In this document: piece by piece, positions 36,009-43,913 of the stretch
How the letters are laid out: the number at the start of each line of letters is the position of its first letter
Numbering within the stretch: position 1 is the first letter of the stretch
Assembly (NCBI GenBank): GCA_004556165.1
Contig: SFIR01000006.1
Coordinates: 854 to 64,853 of the forward strand
Origin: Clostridiales bacterium
GTDB taxonomy: Bacteria; Bacillota; Clostridia; Christensenellales; CAG-138
Direction: 5' to 3'
Length of the DNA: 64,000 nt
The notes under the pieces: model-generated
What the model was told of the DNA's origin: nothing
The model's database searches: none
Seen by the model: the letters and a program-made list of their open reading frames with translations, nothing else
Position numbers and translations under genes: made by a program

Positions 36009-36948
36009 CGTAGTAGAAATCGTCTTCGGGAAGCGCTCCGCCGACGCTCTTGGCGTTTGCGTCAAAGAGCACGGTGAGCATATTATTAACTGCACTCTTC
36101 ATGTCGGCCCCGGTGATGAATACGATATTGCAGTTCGGGATAGCCTTCTTTGCGATTGCTTCGGAGGGCAGGATACCGGCTTCGACGATAAGCGCTGCCG
36201 CGTCATCAATATTATTCACAACGAATTCGCTGCTTGCCTTATAATCCTTAAGAAGCTGCTTGATGGCGGCAGGATGCTCATTGACAAAGCCCTTTCTTGC
36301 GATGAGCACGCCCTGAACGAGCTGAGTATCGCAAACCTTATTCCATTCCGCAGTCAGGTCGAGCGCGATGCGGAGGTCGGGATTCTGAGCCATGGTGGCG
36401 GTGACATTGGGTTCGGGCAGCATGCCGACGGTCTCCTCGCCGGAAGCAAGGAGGGTGCCGAGAGCCGCATGCTCAGCCTGATAGGTGACTTCGACCTCAT
36501 CCTTGATACCGTTCTTCTCGAGAAGATAATTGAGAATGTATTCGGGGGTGGAGGCTTCGCCCGTTGCGCCGATGCTCATGCCTGCAAGGTCCGTGAAGCT
36601 TTGTATGGTATTGCCGTTTTCGAGAACGTACAGTACGCCGAGGGTAGTGACACCGAGTACTACGACATCCTTGTCGAGCTTGCTGTAAAGAACAGAAGCC
36701 AGGTTGACGGGTACGGCCGCAACATCAATCTCGTTATTGATGAATTTTGCAGTAACGTTATCGGGTGCGCTTTCGATGGTAATATCGTAATTCGGGTAGT
36801 CCTCACCCATGAGCTTAACGATTCCCATACCGGTAGGACCCTTGAGGGCAGCGATACGGATGGCGGTGTCGTCCTCTTTCATGCAGCCAACGGTCATCAG
36901 ACCGATGAGCATGATGAGTACGAGCATAAATGATATAGCTTTTTTCAT
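36001..36948 (-). CDS. ABC substrate-binding lipoprotein (NMT1/THI5-SsuA-like)
   Basis: MKKAISFMLVLIMLIGLMTVGCMKEDD lipobox, SD GAAGGGAG. The promoter at 36983-37011 excludes ORF-track start 37011. Confidence 0.8.
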   Translation of the reverse strand: MKKAISFMLVLIMLIGLMTVGCMKEDDTAIRIAALKGPTGMGIVKLMGEDYPNYDITIESAPDNVTAKFINNEIDVAAVPVNLASVLYSKLDKDVVVLGVTTLGVLYVLENGNTIQSFTDLAGMSIGATGEASTPEYILNYLLEKNGIKDEVEVTYQAEHAALGTLLASGEETVGMLPEPNVTATMAQNPDLRIALDLTAEWNKVCDTQLVQGVLIARKGFVNEHPAAIKQLLKDYKASSEFVVNNIDDAAALIVEAGILPSEAIAKKAIPNCNIVFITGADMKSAVNNMLTVLFDANAKSVGGALPEDDFYYGE

Positions 36949-36982
36949 AACAAATACTCCCTTCGTGTTTGTTTCTTCGCTA

Positions 36983-37011
36983 ATTATAGTGTGGAAAGGC
37001 CTTGCGGTCAA
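36983..37011 (-). promoter_or_regulatory. promoter of the NitT/TauT-type ABC operon
   Basis: Minus strand reads TTGACC-17 nt-TATAAT. Short (~35 nt) leader. Confidence 0.55.
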
Positions 37012-37242
37012 TCAAAAAGGACAGCTTGCTCAAATATATTTGAATCGGAATAGATAAATTTTTCCTAAAAAATACATGTAAAAACGAGCTTTTAGGAATC
37101 AAGCCGATGGGAATACGCAACAGAATCTCAAAACTGTGCCGCGAGAAACATTATATAAATTCGCAAAATACGGTTGCATAATTCTGTAAATGGTGTATAA
37201 TATAACCTAACATAAAATGAAAGCTGCCTCATATATTGGCGC

Positions 37243-37932
37243 ATGATAAATTCTATCTGCCGGTATGGGAACTATGTTCATGCGGGCAGGATAGTATGTA
37301 AAATGAAACAGAGCGGCAGGAATCCGATCCTTGCAGCCCGATGCGCTGCACTTGGATATATACGGGAAAAGCTTTATCCCCATGCAATGCTTTCCGATCT
37401 GAAAATAAGTATTAAGCGCCTGACGGGAAATTGCGGCGATAAAGGCATGGATTTAAGCTATCCTCTTACCCATAGAATGGGGGAGAATGCTGCGGCTGTC
37501 CCGAAGGACGGGACGGAGCTTTCGGTAAATACAGGTGATGATACAAATCCGGTTTTTGATAGAATATACATCAATAACGGTTATGTCGTTTTTCACATCG
37601 GAGATGATTTTCTTTTGAGCGAAGCCGAGAAGCTTTCAAAAAGCTATCCGCTCGGAGAGCCTGCGGAGATTATACGCGTCCCCGAGAGCATGGAGTATGC
37701 GCATGCGAGGCTGCTTATGTATGCCCGTTCGGATTGCGAAAAAGGGCTCTTGCCGCGCATGCATGCTGCGGCGGTACTGCTGTTCGCTTCCCTTGACAGG
37801 GAGGAAAAAGAAAAAATGCGTATTCTCCGAGCAGGAGTGCGCGAGGTCATCTCCGCTATGGATGAGGCAGGATGCGACCCCGCAGCGGCACGTGCATTTG
37901 CAGCAATACTAAATATGAATATTATAAGGTAA
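37243..37932 (+). CDS. ArgRS-derived protein lacking the catalytic core (Arg_tRNA_synt_N-like + DALR-like segments); start uncertain
   Basis: FDRIYINNGYVVFHIGDDFL resembles the ArgRS N-domain (..IAGPGFINFFL..). MEYAHARLLMYAR resembles the DALR-domain YAHARI motif. No HIGH/KMSK motifs. No clear SD at 37243; ATG 37303 is an alternative. Confidence 0.4.
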   Translation: MINSICRYGNYVHAGRIVCKMKQSGRNPILAARCAALGYIREKLYPHAMLSDLKISIKRLTGNCGDKGMDLSYPLTHRMGENAAAVPKDGTELSVNTGDDTNPVFDRIYINNGYVVFHIGDDFLLSEAEKLSKSYPLGEPAEIIRVPESMEYAHARLLMYARSDCEKGLLPRMHAAAVLLFASLDREEKEKMRILRAGVREVISAMDEAGCDPAAARAFAAILNMNIIR

Positions 37933-37953
37933 AACGAACAAGGAGGAGCTATT

Positions 37954-38613
37954 ATGCAGATTAAATGGTATGGACATTCATGTTTTCTTCTGACCGATTC
38001 GAACGGAGTCAGAATACTTACCGACCCGTTCTCTCCCAAGACCATGTTTGAGCTTCCGGCAATAGAGGCGGATGCTGTCACGGTCAGTCACGATCATGAT
38101 GACCATAATTATATCAGTGCGGTCGTCGGCAGCACTAAACTGATACGCACCGCAGATGAGTTTGAGGTCGGAGGAGTCAAGATAAAGGGTTTCATGACCT
38201 ATCATGACACCATGAAGGGCACTCTCCGCGGCACCAATATCATGTACAGATTTGAGATGGACGGTATGAAGGTACTGCATTGCGGCGACCTCGGCGAGCA
38301 TCTTGACGATGAGGCAATAGAAAAAATCGGCAAGATAGATATTCTGCTTGTACCCATAGGGGCAATCTATACAATAGACGACCTTGAAGCAAGGGAGCTT
38401 GCAAACAGGCTTCATGCAAGGGTCGTTATCCCCATGCATTATAGGAATCCTAAGCTCAGCTTCGAGCTTTGTCCGCTCGAACCGTTTGTTGAGGCAGTCC
38501 GCCACTGCGAGGTCTACAAGATGGGTGAATGCCTTATCAATATCATGCCCGAATCCCTCGGCAAGGACAGGGTGATTATTCCGAGACCGTTTAACCCGGC
38601 GGTGGACGAATAA
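37954..38613 (+). CDS. MBL-fold metal-dependent hydrolase (UPF0173-like)
   Basis: MQIKWYGHSCFLLTDSNGVRILTDP...VSHDHDDH...HCGDLGH pattern. SD AGGAGG. Confidence 0.8.
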   Translation: MQIKWYGHSCFLLTDSNGVRILTDPFSPKTMFELPAIEADAVTVSHDHDDHNYISAVVGSTKLIRTADEFEVGGVKIKGFMTYHDTMKGTLRGTNIMYRFEMDGMKVLHCGDLGEHLDDEAIEKIGKIDILLVPIGAIYTIDDLEARELANRLHARVVIPMHYRNPKLSFELCPLEPFVEAVRHCEVYKMGECLINIMPESLGKDRVIIPRPFNPAVDE

Positions 38614-38679
38614 AAAATCCGGCATAAACCGGATAGATTGACGCTAATGACGTATCGGAGCCTCGCTTCGATACGTTTT

Positions 38680-39222
38680 TCAGTTCCTGTTCACAAGCTT
38701 TCGGCGGAGCTCCTTATCAAAGACACGAGCGAGAAAATCATAGAGCAGGATGAATGCGCTGAAAGCGGCTTCGGCTATCAGGACTATTATCCAGTATTCG
38801 ACAGCATACGAATCAATCAGCGCTATTATATCCATATTCATAAGGAACAATGCGACGAGCAGCAGTATCCCGGCGAGAATATTGCAGCCTATCAGCTTCA
38901 TGAGGAACGCAAAGAGCTTGGACGGTATCTTATCGCATATGAATTTGATGAAGCAGTATGAACCGAATACGGAAGCATACGCGGCACAGAAGCTTTTATC
39001 GGGGATGATAAGAAAGCTCAACAGAGCGGTGGCGGCATAGCTCAAAAGAGCATAGAAGAAGCCCTTTTTCTCGTTAAGCGGTATCCAGAGCAAAAGCGAT
39101 GTTAGGAAAAGAAGCGCAAGGCGCGAGGTGTTTAGAATTGATGCGGCATACAGAAACAGCACGCTGAGCGCAGTGCTCATCGCAGCAAGTGCAAGCTTTG
39201 TTGTATTGGATACGCTCCTCAT
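38680..39222 (-). CDS. small polytopic membrane protein (~180 aa, 5 TM), third gene of the DUF5685/J-protein operon
   Basis: ATG 39222 with SD GAGGA overlapping the J-protein stop. The upstream part of the 255-aa ORF overlaps the J-protein gene in another frame. The TKLALAAMSTALSVLFLY start resembles ECF-S/Gx-type small transporters (weak). Confidence 0.6.
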   Translation of the reverse strand: MRSVSNTTKLALAAMSTALSVLFLYAASILNTSRLALLFLTSLLLWIPLNEKKGFFYALLSYAATALLSFLIIPDKSFCAAYASVFGSYCFIKFICDKIPSKLFAFLMKLIGCNILAGILLLVALFLMNMDIIALIDSYAVEYWIIVLIAEAAFSAFILLYDFLARVFDKELRRKLVNRN

Positions 39223-39232
39223 ACCGTCATCC

Positions 39233-39889
39233 TCAGCAGCAGCGGCAAAGGTCTCCGCCCATGCATTCGCAGCAGGTATCCGCGCACCAGAGCGTGGAGC
39301 AGATATTGCAGGCGGTATCGCAGGAATCGGAGCTTGACGTATTTGTGCCGGCGGAGGAATGGTATGACCTCGAACCCCTCCGCATGAGCACATCGTAGGA
39401 TTGGCGGTATTCGGAATTACTGGGGTCCATGCGGCAGGCGGTCTCAAGGCTCTGGCGTGCTGACATGTAGTCGCCGCGTCTGAACTGGGTTATGCCGTAG
39501 AGATAGTACCATTCCGCGGTTCGGTTGGACATGGCGTTGAGCATTGCAAGCGCTTCCTGAAGCTTATTCTGATTGAGAAGCTCGCGAATGCGGTTGTACT
39601 CATTGGCATACGCCCCTGAATAGCTGCCGGAAAAACCGCCGGAGTAGCTGCGTGACGAGCCGCCGGAATAGCTGCCCGAGCTTCCGGAGGAATACGAGCC
39701 TTCCTTGCGCATCTTAGTGATGGTATCATAGGCTTCGTTGATCTCCTTCATCTTCTCGTCGGCGAGATCATGCAGGGGACTGTCGGTATACCTGTCCGGA
39801 TGATACTTTTTGACAAGCTCGAGATAGGCAGCGCGGATCTCCTTGTCCGTTGCCGATTCTGATACTCCAAGCACTTCGTAAGGGTTCAT
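39233..39889 (-). CDS. J-domain protein with G/S/Y-rich linker, TPR-like hairpin and Cys-rich C-terminal tail
   Basis: MNPYEVLGVSESATDKEIRAAYLELVKKYHPDR (HPD motif), a (SGSYSGG)n linker, and the tail CDTACNICSTLWCADTCCECMGGDLCRCC. Confidence 0.85.
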   Translation of the reverse strand: MNPYEVLGVSESATDKEIRAAYLELVKKYHPDRYTDSPLHDLADEKMKEINEAYDTITKMRKEGSYSSGSSGSYSGGSSRSYSGGFSGSYSGAYANEYNRIRELLNQNKLQEALAMLNAMSNRTAEWYYLYGITQFRRGDYMSARQSLETACRMDPSNSEYRQSYDVLMRRGSRSYHSSAGTNTSSSDSCDTACNICSTLWCADTCCECMGGDLCRCC

Positions 39890-40740
39890 TTTTTGGGTGC
39901 ATCCTTTCGCAAAGATTCGGTTCTGCCAATACAGTTATCCAATGCGGCGAAAAGCCCCTCGGTAATGATATTGGCAGTGATCGCGTTATCATGCTTGGTA
40001 TTCAGCAGATCATACGCGGAAACAGCATTGTTTATAGAAATATTTATAAGAAATTCGGCGTCCTTCCCGACCGTGCCGGATAGAAGAAAGGGATTGTACA
40101 GCCCGTGCTTTTTATCCTTCTCCATATCGTCAAAAGCGTCGATGAGGTATATGAATCTGCCGATATTAAGCCCAAGGTCTCGGAGAATAAGTGAAGTTTC
40201 GGCCCCAAAGTCCTTATAGGCAAGCAGCACCTCGGCAAGCAGCTCGCCGAAAGCATTGGCAGGTATATCGGGGTCGGACTCCCTGCGAGCTTCGATCTCC
40301 GCAAGCTCCCGGAGCTTCTTTTTCAGTATCGAATCAACCGCAGGGAAGTTCTTTTTCGCCTTTTTGTAGGCAGGAAGCAGCGGAGGCTTTGCGGCAGCCC
40401 GAAGCTTTTTACCATCCGCAATGTCATCATCCAGCTTGTATTTTGCAAGAAGCACGCACACTGCGGCGGCGTAACCGAGAGCCGGGGAAGCTTCCTTGAT
40501 AATAGGCTTCTTTTTTCCGAGCGGCTTGAAGGGGCAGTGCGCAATCTCCGAGCTTACGCTTTCATCTTCAAGGGAACCAAGCATTATCGCGAGGAAGGTA
40601 CAGTCGTAGCTTAGGCACGCTCTGGCGGCAAGCCCGTATTCGCGGCCGAGCCGAGCGCAGAGTCCGCAGTACCAAGCATCATATCTCAGCTTTTCACGCA
40701 CCCGGAGCTCGGGGATATTGGGCCTGATGTATCCGAACAA
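39886..40740 (-). CDS. DUF5685-like protein with squalene/phytoene-synthase-like Asp-rich motifs
   Basis: TTG 40740 follows GGAGGG by 4 nt and gives the (M)FGYIRPN start typical of this family. ATG 40812 lies upstream of the predicted TSS. Motifs KLDDDIADG and RDLGLNIGRFIYLIDAFDDMEKDKKHGLYNP. ATGA overlap with the J-protein start. Confidence 0.7.
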   Translation of the reverse strand: MFGYIRPNIPELRVREKLRYDAWYCGLCARLGREYGLAARACLSYDCTFLAIMLGSLEDESVSSEIAHCPFKPLGKKKPIIKEASPALGYAAAVCVLLAKYKLDDDIADGKKLRAAAKPPLLPAYKKAKKNFPAVDSILKKKLRELAEIEARRESDPDIPANAFGELLAEVLLAYKDFGAETSLILRDLGLNIGRFIYLIDAFDDMEKDKKHGLYNPFLLSGTVGKDAEFLINISINNAVSAYDLLNTKHDNAITANIITEGLFAALDNCIGRTESLRKDAPKK

Positions 40741-40794
40741 TTTTCCCTCCGAACAAGAAGAAATGCTTTGCGGAGAATTTCCGTATTCAATATT

Positions 40795-40823
40795 ATTATA
40801 GACTATTTGCACATCTTTTTCAA
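40795..40823 (-). promoter_or_regulatory. promoter of the DUF5685/J-protein operon
   Basis: Minus strand reads TTGAAA-17 nt-TATAAT, ~50 nt upstream of TTG 40740. Confidence 0.5.
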
Positions 40824-40991
40824 CGAGTAAATATGCACAATTGCAAAAAAAAGGCCTATTTGCAGGACATTAACAAAATTTTGCCGTTTTTTTTCCAAAT
40901 TCTCAAAAAAAGGTATTTCTTTTTTTGCAGGAGTATGGTATTATTGATGCATAAGGTCTAAAGACCAAAACTCAATAGGAGGATAAATACA

Positions 40992-42125
40992 ATGAAAAAA
41001 TTGCTGGCAGTATTGCTTGCAGCACTCATGATCGTTCCTTTCCTCACCGCTTGCGGTGCAAAGGAATATGAGATTGCCCTCATTACCGATAAGGGCAACA
41101 TCGATGACAAGAGCTTCAATCAGGGCGCTTGGGAGGGCGTCGTTGCATATGCAGAAGCTAACAGCATCTCCCATAAGTACTATAAGCCCGAAGATGCAAC
41201 CGATGAAGCATACCTCGCAGCTATCGACCTCGCAGTCGAGTCCGGCGCAAAGGTTGTTGTATGCCCCGGCTTCCTCTTTGAACCGTCCGTATACGAGGCA
41301 CAGACCAAGTATCCCGAGGTAAAGTTCATCATTCTTGACGGCGCACCCCGCACCGCTGACTATTCCGACGCTAAAACCGCTGAAAACACCGCTTCCATCA
41401 AGTATGCTGAGGAGCAGTCCGGTTATCTTGTAGGTTATGCAGCAGTTAAGGATGGCTACCGTGCTCTCGGCTTCATGGGCGGCATGGCAGTGCCCGCTGT
41501 TCAGGCATTCGGTTACGGCTATCTCCAGGGCATCGAAGCAGCAGCTGCTGAGCTCGGCCTTGCAGCAGGCGACATCACCGTTAAGTATCACTACACCGGA
41601 AACTTCGATGAGTCTGATATCAATAAGGCAACCGCAGCAGCAATGTATGAATCCGGCATCGAAGTTATCTTCGCATGCGGCGGCAGCGTAGGTAAGTCCG
41701 TTATGTCCGCAGCAAATGAAGCAGGCAAGAAGGTCATCGGCGTAGACGTTGACCAGAGGTATGAGAGCGAGACCGTCATCACCTCCGCAACCAAGGGCCT
41801 TGCAGCTTCCGTACAGGCAGTCCTTAAGTCCATCTATGAGACCAATGACTTCGCTACCTATGCAGGAAAGACCACCTACTTCAACGCTGCAAACAACGGC
41901 GTAGGTCTTCCCACTACCGTTATCGGCGATGAGAACGGCAATGCATTCGATAGGTTCAACACCTTCACCGTAGAAGCTTACAATGAGATCTTTGCAAAGC
42001 TCGCTGATGGCAGCGTCAGCCCCGTCAGGGAGCTCCAGATTGCTAATGCAGAAGGTTATGCAACCGCTGAAGAGCTCACCAACGGCCTCGGCCTCACCAT
42101 TATTGCAGTTGAGTGCGTTCAGTAA
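40992..42125 (+). CDS. BMP-family (PnrA/Med-like) nucleoside ABC substrate-binding lipoprotein
   Basis: SD AGGAGG, MKKLLAVLLAALMIVPFLTACGAKE lipobox, ALITDKGNIDDKSFNQGAWEG signature of basic membrane protein SBPs. Confidence 0.9.
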   Translation: MKKLLAVLLAALMIVPFLTACGAKEYEIALITDKGNIDDKSFNQGAWEGVVAYAEANSISHKYYKPEDATDEAYLAAIDLAVESGAKVVVCPGFLFEPSVYEAQTKYPEVKFIILDGAPRTADYSDAKTAENTASIKYAEEQSGYLVGYAAVKDGYRALGFMGGMAVPAVQAFGYGYLQGIEAAAAELGLAAGDITVKYHYTGNFDESDINKATAAAMYESGIEVIFACGGSVGKSVMSAANEAGKKVIGVDVDQRYESETVITSATKGLAASVQAVLKSIYETNDFATYAGKTTYFNAANNGVGLPTTVIGDENGNAFDRFNTFTVEAYNEIFAKLADGSVSPVRELQIANAEGYATAEELTNGLGLTIIAVECVQ

Positions 42126-42153
42126 TTGAATTGATCCGTTAAGTCGGAAAACA

Positions 42154-42175
42154 GGGGAAGGGGCGACCCTTCCCC
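42154..42175 (+). promoter_or_regulatory. GNRA-capped stem-loop just after the BMP SBP gene
   Basis: GGGGAAGGG-GCGA-CCCTTCCCC. Confidence 0.5.
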
Positions 42176-42253
42176 AAAGCTATTATATCGGTTCCGATTT
42201 CCTATGCCCATCGGAAGAAATGGAGCACACCTCGGGTATATGCGCCATGGTTT

Positions 42254-42276
42254 GCTTTCGCTTGCGAAAGCTTTTT
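42254..42276 (+). terminator. intra-operon terminator/attenuator between the SBP and ATPase genes
   Basis: GCTTTCGC-TT-GCGAAAGC followed by TTTTT. Confidence 0.55.
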
Positions 42277-42365
42277 GCTTAGAATAAACTCATTTTATAG
42301 CTCAATGCATGATGCTTCGTGCCGTAAGCTATAAAATGCAGAAGTGCAGAAAAGGAAGGTGCTTA

Positions 42366-43913
42366 GTGGAAAATTATGTAATTGAAATGGTCCACATCAC
42401 AAAGAGATTCCCGGGTATCGTCGCAAATGATGATATCACGCTTAACTTAAAGCGCGGTGAGATTCATGCGCTGCTCGGTGAAAACGGTGCGGGCAAGAGT
42501 ACCCTCATGAGCGTGCTGTTCGGCCTTTACAACCCTGAAGAGGGCGAGATAAGGATGAACGGGCAGCCCGTCACTATCCATGACCCGAATGACGCTACTG
42601 CATTGGGTATAGGTATGGTGCATCAGCACTTCAAACTGGTGGAATGCTTCACCGTGCTGCAAAACATTATTCTCGGAGTTGAACCGAATAAGTCGGGCTT
42701 CCTCAGTATGGGCGAAGCGAGAAAAAAGGTCGTTGAACTGAGCGAAAAATACGGCCTTCAGATCGATCCCGATGCGGTTATCGAGGATATCACAGTCGGC
42801 ATGCAGCAGCGTACCGAGATACTGAAGATGCTTTATCGTGACAACGACATACTCATTTTTGATGAGCCGACCGCTGTTCTTACGCCGCAGGAGATCACCG
42901 AGCTGATGGATATTATCCGCTCATTCGCAAAGGAAGGAAAATCCATCCTCTTTATTTCTCATAAACTGAATGAGATTATGCAGGTGGCAGACCGCTGCAC
43001 CGTGCTTCGCAAGGGAAAGTGCGTCGGCACTGTCAACGTTTGCGATACCACTCCCGAGGAGCTGAGCCGCATGATGGTCGGCAGGGATGTCCAGCTCAAG
43101 GTCAGCAAGGACGAGGCGCATCCGGGCGATTCGGTGCTTTCGGTTCGAGACCTCAAGGTACCTTCGAAGGTGCATAAGGGTAAGAATGCGGTAAACGGAG
43201 TTTCCTTCGATGTCAGAGAAGGCGAGATAGTCTGTATCGCAGGCATTGACGGCAACGGCCAGTCGGAGCTTGTGTCGGCGATTACGGGTCTGGACAAGCC
43301 CAACGGCGGAAGCATTACCCTCGGAGGCACAAACATCACCCGTGCTCCGATAAGAAAGCGCAGCAAGCTCGGTATGAGCCATATCCCGGAGGATAGGCAT
43401 AAGCACGGTCTGGTGCTTGATTTTAATCTTGCAAACAATATGGTGCTTCAGCGTTACTGGGAGCCCGAGTTCATGCGCTTCGGTTTCATTAAGAAAGCAC
43501 CCATAAGAAAGTATTCGGATGAGCTGATAGAGCGTTTCGATGTGCGCAGCGGCGAGGGCTCCGATTCCATCGTGCGCAGCATGTCCGGCGGCAACCAGCA
43601 GAAGGCCATAGTCGCAAGGGAAATGGATAGGGAGCATAAGCTTCTTGTGGCTGTCCAGCCCACGCGTGGCCTCGATGTCGGCGCAATTGAATATATTCAC
43701 AAATGTATCGTTCGTGAGCGTGACGAGGGCAGAGCGGTTCTGCTCGTATCCTTCGAGCTTGACGAGGTAATGAACCTTGCCGACAGAATACTTGTAATGT
43801 ACGGCGGCGAGATCGTCGGAGAGCTTGACCCAAAGAAGACCGATGTTGAAGAGGTCGGTCTGTACATGGCAGGCAACAAGCGCAATACCGGCAGCAAGGA
43901 GGCACAGGCATGA
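42366..43913 (+). CDS. ABC transporter ATP-binding protein, duplicated ATPase (nucleoside/sugar type)
   Basis: Two NBDs: GENGAGKST ... FDEPTAVL and a second with MSGGNQQKAIVARE. GTG 42366 lies 6 nt after AAGGAAGGTG. Confidence 0.9.
   Translation: MENYVIEMVHITKRFPGIVANDDITLNLKRGEIHALLGENGAGKSTLMSVLFGLYNPEEGEIRMNGQPVTIHDPNDATALGIGMVHQHFKLVECFTVLQNIILGVEPNKSGFLSMGEARKKVVELSEKYGLQIDPDAVIEDITVGMQQRTEILKMLYRDNDILIFDEPTAVLTPQEITELMDIIRSFAKEGKSILFISHKLNEIMQVADRCTVLRKGKCVGTVNVCDTTPEELSRMMVGRDVQLKVSKDEAHPGDSVLSVRDLKVPSKVHKGKNAVNGVSFDVREGEIVCIAGIDGNGQSELVSAITGLDKPNGGSITLGGTNITRAPIRKRSKLGMSHIPEDRHKHGLVLDFNLANNMVLQRYWEPEFMRFGFIKKAPIRKYSDELIERFDVRSGEGSDSIVRSMSGGNQQKAIVAREMDREHKLLVAVQPTRGLDVGAIEYIHKCIVRERDEGRAVLLVSFELDEVMNLADRILVMYGGEIVGELDPKKTDVEEVGLYMAGNKRNTGSKEAQA

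Noticed and set aside
36949-37242. A TPP (THI-box) or other riboswitch was considered upstream of the NMT1/THI5-like ABC operon.
   Set aside because: The predicted promoter leaves only a ~35-nt leader. No CTGAGA / ACCTGATCTGGATAATGCCAGCG-type elements are found on the relevant strand further upstream.
39590-39700. Repetitive GC-rich nucleotide stretch inside the J-protein gene.
   Set aside because: It encodes the in-frame (SGSYSGG)n Gly/Ser/Tyr linker. This is an ordinary low-complexity coding repeat and not a separate element.
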